Assembly (NCBI GenBank): GCA_964016885.1
Contig: OZ024755.1
Location: 3,348,001 to 3,412,000, forward strand
Direction of reading: 5' to 3'
Source of the DNA: Eledone cirrhosa
Taxonomy: Eukaryota
DNA length: 64,000 bases
Shown here: one piece after another, positions 55,390 through 64,000 of the stretch
How the letters are laid out: each line of letters starts with the position of its first letter
How positions within the stretch are numbered: the stretch's first letter is position 1
The notes under the pieces: generated by a model
Database searches by the model: none
Seen by the model: the letters and a program-made list of their open reading frames with translations, nothing else
What the model was told of the DNA's origin: nothing
Translations under genes and position numbers: made by a program

Positions 55390-57239
55390 ATAAAAATCCT
55401 GCCTCAGAAATTGTTTTGAGTTTCCTAAGTTTTTTGTTGTATGTATTTGTGATTTGTTTAACTTGGTCACTACATAACTGTTTATACTCTTCGGGTTGAA
55501 TTATGTAGTCTTCCACATTGCAATTGCAGTGAAATGACTAATATAAGCAACATAGGAATATGGTTGGATATTTGTTTCTGGTTGTTTTAACTCTTAATAT
55601 CCTATATCATGTGAAACAACTTAGGCATAGCTTTCATGTAAAGTAGAAAACAGCACTAACTGCATCCCATGAGATGTTAATTTGTTTGAGGGGGTTTATA
55701 ACCTTCATTCAATTCCAATATCTCCTTAGCATTTAAACCAGCCATATCTGGCTAGAATTCCCTCACCTCTTTCTCTTCAAACTGGCTATATAACCAGCCA
55801 CTTACACTGACGAACACCTAATCAAAATAGGAAGACTTAATGCAAGAGCACTGTTAATTTGCAATTTTTTTTTTTTTTTTAAGTTCTAACCAATTTCTAA
55901 GTTTCATCTCTGATCCTATCTAGTTCTTTCTTTGTCAAGTATGTGTACAGAGAACTCGATAGCAAATGTTGACCTTTTGATATGTTAATTACAAATAGCT
56001 GTTAAATATTTCATGTTGATGTGCAGTTGTCTTTGTAGAAAGGGTCAGGAAGATCCTCAGTTCTGTCAGACAGGACCTTTCCTGTGCACTTGATAGAATG
56101 AGATGCTGGCTCCTTGGCTTATCTGGGAGATCAGCAGCCCTGCTTCTATCTAGACCTGTCCAACCCTAGATGGCAGGGAAAGCAGGTGTTAAGATATTTC
56201 ATTTTGACCTGCAGTTTCTGCCATGACATGTACTTTAGGTTAGGGAGCAGTTAAGTCGTTAATGGGATGTAAAATATCCTGGTATTCTGGTTCAATGCAC
56301 TTTGAGGTCAGTGTCAGTCTAGGTTTGATTCCTCCGATAGAATTTAGCTGTATTCTGATTGGGAGGTTTAAAATGCCCAGAGTAGTAATGTGTCCTTTGA
56401 GGTTGACTAGATGTGTAAAGCTTGCTTTACAATCATATGGTTGTGACTGACACCTTGAGCAAGTGTTCACAAACTGGAGAAGGATGGGTTTTGTTCTTTC
56501 TCTGGAAGAAATCCTCTGCTCCAAACTGGATGACGCCCTTATAACTCTATCAGAAGTTAAGGTGTCTAATAATTTGGTTGCTTTGTCTAATCAATCAAAT
56601 GAGCAGATACAGGCTATAATTTTGGCTATTTTGGTAAATGAAAATGTATAAATATTGACTATTTTTAGTTGAGAAGAGATAAGCAGTGTAAAATGTTTGA
56701 TTGGAGCAGCTGTACTCATTGATAGCAGATGGACTACGTTCCTTAGATCAATGGTCTTTTGTTTTCAGCTTTGTTTAACTCTTTCAAGACTGCATTTCGA
56801 ATGAAATACACTTTCAATTAATGAATTTTGAGGGATTTATTAAAATTATTTCATTAGCATGGGATGAGGTGATAAAAGCTGGCCTTGCTCAATTAAACCT
56901 CGCAAGATTGAGATCTTGGGCATCATGTTTGTACTGCAGATGTGCACAGCATGAAACGGGACACTAGTGGCTGAATATTCCAACAGGGTGTCAAAGCTAG
57001 ACTTTTAAATTACTGGTACAGTCCACCTGAAGGGCTTCCAAACAATTTCAGTCGCAAGGAATGGTAAATAACACTCGATGTCACACCGTGGGGTTGAACC
57101 CAAGTCCTAATGATTGTGAAGTGAACTCCTTAACCTTTGGCTATGCCGTCTCCACACATTTATTTTTATTTATTGATTGATTAAGACCAAAGGAAACAAT
57201 GTTTCCATTGCTGATAGTATCTACCAGTTGCAGCTCTTG

Positions 57240-57283
<44 letters not shown>

Positions 57284-58539
57284 AGATATACAAGGCCTGT
57301 CAAAAATGTATGATCTTATGCACTTAGTGGGGTTAAACCTCTGATCCCTTTTGAAGTAAGCCATTGTCAGAATTGATGACAAAACATTTGCTTACTAACT
57401 CTTTATCTTGTTCCTAGGTGTGTTTTGTTCACACTTAGGGTTAGAGAGAAAATGGAGTTTGTGGTCTTTAAGTGTAATATAGACATATACACAGGGTGTA
57501 GTGAGACAACTTATCTTCAGGAGAGTGGTGAGCAGCTCCTTTGTTTCACTGTTTATCTCCTATGTTGTAGTATCGGTTTTCTTAAGCAAATCTCAAGATT
57601 GACTTTGCTTTTTATTCTTTTTGGTGTTGATAAAATGAAGGATTAGTTGGTGAAAGGATGAGATGATTTGGGGCTGATAAACTGGATAATGGATTAAATG
57701 TAGCACACAATGGGATTTGAACTGAGAATGTAAAGAGAGATGGAAGAAATACTGCAATGCCTGATGTTTTAAAGACTTCAGCAGTCCAAGTGGTTGGCAT
57801 TAAAGAAAACCATCTAGCTGTAAAGTTAAACGGTTGAAAGGACTCTTTAGTCACTGCGACAACCCCCTCCAGTGCTGGTAAAGAAAACTGCATCTAGTAC
57901 ATAATTGTTTCTACTTTAGACACAAGGCCAGCAATTATATATTACTGGTACTTTATTTTATCGACCCCCCCCCCCCCCCCCCCAAGGATGAAAGGTAAAG
58001 TTAACCTTGACGGGATTTGAACTCGGACCACAAAGGGCTGTAACTCTATGCTGCAAAGCACGGCGTCTGACTCTCTACCGATACTGCCAATCCACTGCAT
58101 CTAGTACATAATGTAAAGTGGTTGGTGATAGGAAGGGTTGCCAGCTGTAGAAACCATGCCCAAAGAAGGGCTGAGAGAACTCTTTAGTATAATCTGCCCT
58201 CCACTGCTAGTAATTGGTTGTGATATTAAAATCTTAAGCTAGTGCTGCACTTTAAATATGAGCAGTTGAATTATCGGTCATGTCATTGTAGAACCCACAT
58301 TGCGACTTATTGGTTACCAAGTATCTTCACTTCAAACAAATCAACACAGCCGCCAGGACAATCAGAGGCCCCATGTCTGTAATTTAATGATTTTTGTAGA
58401 TCAAAGCCACAAAACAATATCCAGTCAGCAGGTTTTTGAGAGAGGGGGGGGGGGGGGGAGTTTTGGAAATCCACAATGTTTGGGAGTTTGAAGGTTAAGG
58501 GTAAAAACTTCTTCCTGAGAGGGCCATTAGGGTAGAGCC

Positions 58540-58900
58540 CTCAAACACTCCTTCCAGTGGGTCCTGTCAAGCAACCATCTCCAACTGGATCCCCAAGTCT
58601 GACCAGCCAAGCTCATGGTTGTTATCCAACCTTGCTAGGGGTCTACTCCTGTGTCTCCAGCCAGTTAGTTTTGCCTGTAAAATCTGTCCAGTGATTCTCT
58701 CTCGAGACATTCTAACCACATGCCCATAATATTGGAGCTGTGATCTCTCAATCCAGAGATTCTTTCCTCAGACATTTTAACCACATGCCCATAGTATCGG
58801 AGCTGTGATTCTTTCCTGAGACATTCTAACCACATGCCTAGAGTATCGGAATTGTGATCTCTCAATTCGGAGAATTACAGCTTTACCTGGAGTGACTTGC
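58540..58900 (-). mobile_element. RTE-like LINE 3' fragment with internal triplication of the LRYYGHVVRMSQER segment
   Basis: Same family as 14178-14460. The motif AGACATT(C/T)TAACCACATGCC occurs three times. Confidence 0.7.
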
Positions 58901-61022
58901 TGATATCCGAGCTACACACTTTACTTCAAAAAACCCTTTGGCCGCTTGTATTCGTGATCGTATTCTTTCGGTCATTACCGAAGATTCTTGACCACAGGTA
59001 ATACCAAATAGAAGATAGCAAGTTTGGCTATGGGTTAACACAAAATGCAAGAACATAAAAAAATTTCAAATAAAAATAATAAATCCAGTATTTTCTTTAC
59101 TTCTTTTTTAGGTATTTTACTTTCTTTCTTTTATTCATTCCATGAGAGAAAAAAATTAGGTATTTGTTCATATTGCTACTGTTTAGGAGATGTATTTTCT
59201 CTCCTCACCTTTTCTTTATATAATGGATCTGCATTTCAAAAGATTTTTGCCAGAACAAGTTTGGAGTTAGAATAGTTAAAATAAAAAAAAAAAAAAAGTT
59301 GTCCCAAAGATCTATATAAAGAGATGATATTAGTTACTTTAGGGGGTTGATCAAGATAAATTTTTAGAAAAAAAAAAAAAAAATGTCGATTTTTAAGCTT
59401 TCTAACTGTTCTGGGTTTTGTATGGATATGGTGAGAGGGTGGGGGTGTCTTTAAAAATATTAGTTATTGATTAATACGACAATGAGATCGTTGCTATGAA
59501 GTGATGTCACATATGCAGCTAATAACTCAATATTTATTTTATAACATACATACATATATATGTATATATACATATATATGGATATATGTATACATATAGA
59601 TATATATGTATATATATATATTTGTTTCCTTTTAAAAGGGAGGAGAAGAGAAAAAAGAAAGATCTATATTTAGAATCGTCTCCAGGGTTCATATGCCAAA
59701 CTTTTAAGAAGATTATTTTCATACTCAAACAACATCGATGCTTCTTTCAAATTCATAAAAAAGACCCTTATTAAATAAACCTATGTTTCAGATGATCCCA
59801 CTTTAGGTGAAAGCAGAAATTGTTTGCTTAAACTTTTAATCCGTGCTAATAATATATATTTGCTCTATGGCTATATATAAACTTATATATATGATGGACT
59901 CTCCCGTCGACATCCGACGTATGTGTCCAACAAAAGTTAAGTTCTCTGGATGGCGGTGTCTTATGTAGCATGTCAATCCCGCCACTGACCCACAGACCAA
60001 GAGTTTATGGAGAGTTTTGCAGGTATATATATACAACGCTTCTCGAGTCCTCTCTGGATTTTGGTCTTTGTATTTACTACAACATATGTGTGTATATATA
60101 TATACATGCACACACATCAAACTTATTTCCCTAATCAATGCTAAATTAAAATTCTTCAATAAATATAAATATTCCTTTTAGTTATTTGTAAGGTATATAG
60201 CAGCTGCCACAGCCCCTCAAAACCCAGTTTTAAGGCACACACACAAACACATTAATATGTTAACACTGCTTAATATTACACATAATGCATGTGTATGTAC
60301 ATGTAAACTTATCCAAACATGTACAAGGCTTTCCTTGCTTAACCACACACTTCCTAACCTGTTAGTTCCTATAGTCAAACACTCTACCTATATTTTCTAA
60401 GATGTTTAATAAATCGGCTGCATACATTTAAAGTGATGAAAGATAATGTTGTCTTTCATACTAACTAGCTTAAAACAGATTCATTTTGACAAAAATCCTT
60501 TCCAGAAAAAAATTATTAAGGATGGGGGGAAAAATAATTTCATTTTTTCCATATTTTCCATTGGACATTTTAAACTAAATCTGAATATTTTAAGGATTTT
60601 ATTAGGAATTTTTATAAAGGTAACTTAGGGTATTTTCTTTCTCCATGTATGTGAATGCCTGCACATGTGTTTATGTGTTAGCATGAGAAAAAGTGAGAGA
60701 TAGAGAGAAAGAGAAATGTTATAATGTGTTCTAGCCCTGAGATCCTTTGCTCTCCAAACTTTATAATTATTAATATTATTCAAAAAAAAAAAAAAAAATG
60801 TAGTGCAAATAGTCATGTGATTAGATATGCCAGCAGTACCAACAATCTAGTGAAATTCTGTTCTACAAGCTGAAATGATTTCTACTTCATTGTGAATATT
60901 ATTATTTTTTTTTTTTTTTTTAAATTATTTATTTATTCATTTATTACTTTTATTTATTTATTTATTTTTACTTTATACCCCTCCTCCTCTTCTTCTTCTT
61001 CCTCCCCCAAAACCAAAAGGTT

Positions 61023-61156
61023 TCACATGGTGAAAATGTTGTCCATTGGTTCCCATGAGTTGTAACGGTTGCTGTAACCCTTCCATTTGACCAAAACCTC
61101 TTGATGACCTTTTTGCACACGTTTCTTCAAGACCTTCTCTACAATAAAAACCTCAC
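61023..61156 (-). CDS. Terminal exon encoding a chromodomain (partial gene; most upstream exons unresolved or outside the window)
   Basis: A polypyrimidine tract and CAG acceptor precede (G)[43 protein letters not shown]-stop. This is the classic chromodomain pattern F.VE.....R......LVKWKGY....NSWEP. Confidence 0.8.
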
Positions 61157-61509
61157 CTGGAAAGAGAGGGAGAGAGAGAGAAAGAAAAAGAAAGAGAAAA
61201 CAATAATACAAATGTCATTAATAAAGGAACTTTATAGCAACTCATTCCAGTTGAACAAGCCGCAGTTGTTTGGAAGGTAACTTGTGGTAGTTAGAATAGT
61301 GAAGGGTGGTATTAGGTGTAAGGAGGAGGGGGATAGAGGAAATAGGAGTAACAGTAATTTGGAGGAGAGAGAGAAAGAGAAAAAAGACTGGCATAGAATG
61401 GAGGTTTTGGGAGAATGAGAGGCAATGGCTAAAGACCAGTTGAAGTAAAGAATGGTAAGGCAGGTGTGGTTAGTATATAGTGTGACTAATTGTTGAGTGG
61501 TTCAAGTCA

Positions 61510-61673
61510 TATATGTGTCTATGTGAGTCCAGGGATCAATCAGGGATAACCACAGTTAGTAAAGTACTCAATACATTAGTAGAGTGTAAACATCCAGTTT
61601 AACATAGAAATGGCTTCCATGGGACTAGAACTTTCATTCGAAAGAAACAGTTCTAGTCCCATGGAAGCCATTT
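61510..61673 (-). mobile_element. Penelope-like remnant ending in an inverted repeat with 25-bp perfect arms
   Basis: AAATGGCTTCCATGGGACTAGAACT (61608-61632) pairs with 61649-61673. The body aligns by eye with 41961-42078. Confidence 0.5.
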
Positions 61674-62360
61674 TAAACTTGATATATATATATAGAGAGA
61701 GAGAGAAAGAGAGAGTAGTCTCAGTAATTGATATTAAGCTATTCAAGTTTGAAAATGCAGCAGTATTTCTATGGAATAAGTTACATACAGTAGATGATTT
61801 ACATAACAGTAAAAGAGAAGATGGAGATGGAATACCATTAAGTTTCATTCCTATTCTATAGTTGGGTGGTTAGCAGTTAGAAGAAAGGCCATGTAGCTAT
61901 GAAAACAAAAATTACCCCACCCTTGCTACTATAAAACCAAAAAAAACCCCCATTATTGAGTGTGGTGAGAGGACCCCCAAAACTAATTTAATATACTCCT
62001 TTCTCTAAAATGATTTTTCCCTTCCGTTCAAATTGCTGGCCTTGTGCCAAAAGTAGAAACATTAGAGTTCAAATCCCACCAAGGTTAACTTTGCCTTTCA
62101 TCCTTACGGGGTTGATAAAATAAAGTACCAGTAATACACTGAGATAATTGCTGGCCTTGTGCCAAAAGTAGAAACAATTATTATCATGGTCTATTATGAT
62201 CTAGCCATTTATTGATTTGTAAGGGCCAATTCTTTAAAATTGCTGAAACTCACAGAGTAGATGACAAAGGACCGTGACAAGTGGAGAGATGCTGTGCTGA
62301 ATAGGACCCGTCCCACCCTTGCAAGCAGGGAAAAGCGGACGTATGATGATGATGATGATA

Positions 62361-62630
62361 ATTCTTCTGACCCCTATACTTTCTCCAGTTATGATCTAGC
62401 CATTTATTGATTTGTATGGGCCAATCCCTTAAAATCCTGCATTCTTCTGACCCCTACACTTCCACCAGTTATGATCTAGCCATTTATTGGTTTGTATGAG
62501 CCAATCCCTTAAAATCCTACATTCTTCAAACCCCTATACTTCCACCAGTTATGATCTAGCCATTTATTGGTTTGTATGAGCCAATCCCTTAAAATCCTAC
62601 ATTCTTCAAACCCCTATACTTTCTCCAGTT
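62361..62630. repeat. 80-bp tandem repeat, about 3.4 copies
   Basis: ATGATCTAGCCATTTATTG at 62391, 62471 and 62551, with an additional partial unit near 62195. Confidence 0.9.
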
Positions 62631-62915
62631 GATACATGTACCAGTTGTCTGCCTTCTCAAATCCTCACTTCCAATATGTTTTCCTTTTTGAAGATGGTAA
62701 GGTATAATTTGAAAGAGGTTTGGCTGCTATTTTTAGCAACTGTGTAGAGGCTCTTATGTTGGATTTTAGGAATGAATAGAAACAGTGACAGAACAGGGAA
62801 AAAGTCAAATCCAAGTAATTAGCTTATTGCAAACAGAAGAGATACAGGTATTGAGGGTAACAGGTGGATAAGGTGGGGTGTGTGTTAATGTGAGTGTCAG
62901 TTAAACATTACTCAC

Positions 62916-62982
62916 TGCACTAGAGCTTGAAGTCACCTCAAATTCTGGATTTAGAGAACATTGGTGCACAATATCAAGGAAC
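62916..62982 (-). CDS. Candidate upstream exon of the chromodomain gene
   Basis: Acceptor TTCTATTTTTGAAAG, 67-nt exon open in one frame (FLDIVHQCSLNPEFEVTSSSSA), donor GTGAGT. It ends in phase 0 while the terminal exon starts in phase 1, so the link is unresolved. Confidence 0.3.
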
Positions 62983-63260
62983 CTTTCAAAAATAGAATTA
63001 TATTTAAAGACAAGAAATAATGGTTTATCATATTGTGACCATGTCAGAAATGTTTAAGAGAAGTGGTATTAACTCCCAACAAATGTCTCCTCCTACATAT
63101 CTTATTGATCTCTGTAAAGAAGACAGGCAAAGATGATCGCGGTGAGATTTAAACTCGGAGTGTATAGAGATGAAACACATCTCCCTGTCTATGTGGGGTC
63201 TATTTCCTGAAGTTGATACATGTAAATATAGAGATATAGAAATAGAGGTAACATCCTTAA

Positions 63261-63495
63261 CCCCTTCCATACCTAACCTGCTGAAACCGACTCTGTCTCT
63301 ACAATAAATATCTGTTCATTTAAAAACCTATCATAATTTTATGTAAGAACTTTTGTTAAGTTATGTTCCAAACACTAGCTCAACAAGAAGAAAGTTAGTT
63401 ATACTTTAAATAATCATTAAAAATTCTTGATTATTTTCAAAATTATTTGAAAACCATTGGCAGTGTCTTTCATTAGAAATATGGTAATGAAAGGG
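63261..63495. mobile_element. TTAA-flanked piggyBac-like MITE
   Basis: TTAA-CCCCTTCCATACC ... GGTAATGAAAGGG-TTAA. Confidence 0.55.
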
Positions 63496-64000
63496 TTAAT
63501 ATTATCACAAAAGGCAAGATATTCAAGAGATTGAATTACAATCAGCAGACGTGAATTTTGGTGCTGAGTTACTTTAGGCACAAGGTCAGCAATTTCTTTT
63601 TTGGAGAGGGGGGGGGGGAGGGATAAAGTTGATTATACCAGCCCCAGTACTTAACTCTAGTACTTTATTTTATTGACCCCATCTGAAGAAAGGGCACACG
63701 CTACATTTGATAGTTAAGGTTGTCTAATGCAAAACACTTCAGCTGGTTTCACTTTGTTAAAGATTAAGATTTTGTCTTTGATTTCGTTCCAGAGACAAAG
63801 TTCAGTGTCCCACCACAACCAACTGAGATTCAACTAGAAAAAAAAAAAAAAAAAAGTTTTCTTTTCAAAGTCACAAATGTTATAACAGAAAATGTGTGAC
63901 CAGCTTTTCGTCAAGTCACAAATGTTGAAACAAAAATATGTCATTGACACATAAAGGGGCTGGTTTAGCAGATGCACAACAGCAGGGGTAACAAGCAACA

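Noticed and set aside
59890-60090. Possible Penelope GIY-YIG C-terminal remnant (RTREALYI) on the minus strand
   Set aside because: Too short and frameshifted to call without a profile search.
63700-63836. Strong minus-strand acceptor followed by 39 open codons, as an exon of the chromodomain gene
   Set aside because: No convincing donor and no recognisable protein similarity.

Overview
Eukaryotic, very AT-rich animal genomic DNA with GT-AG introns, huge (TA/CA)n microsatellites and dense SINE/RTE/Penelope-type debris. The repeat landscape suggests a mollusc, probably an octopod cephalopod (inference, not verified). Three complete spliced genes were assembled by hand with consistent exon phases: ALMS1 (+, 16 coding exons, 18193-33112, about 2760 aa, including a 4.9-kb exon), DPH6 with C-terminal YjgF/RidA-like domains (-, 2 coding exons, 39552-34070, 667 aa) and DDX6/Me31B (+, 10 coding exons, 46562-51148, 460 aa). 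The last exon of a fourth gene (-, 61156-61023) encodes a chromodomain at the extreme C-terminus. Best leads: DDX6 motif II reads DEGD instead of DEAD; two complete minimal hammerhead ribozyme cores plus several fold-back half copies lie in Penelope-like remnants; a bipartite non-autonomous RTE element has an HDV-like 5' fold; and the DDX6 3' UTR holds a long hairpin. All coordinates and folds were derived by eye, with no database searches.
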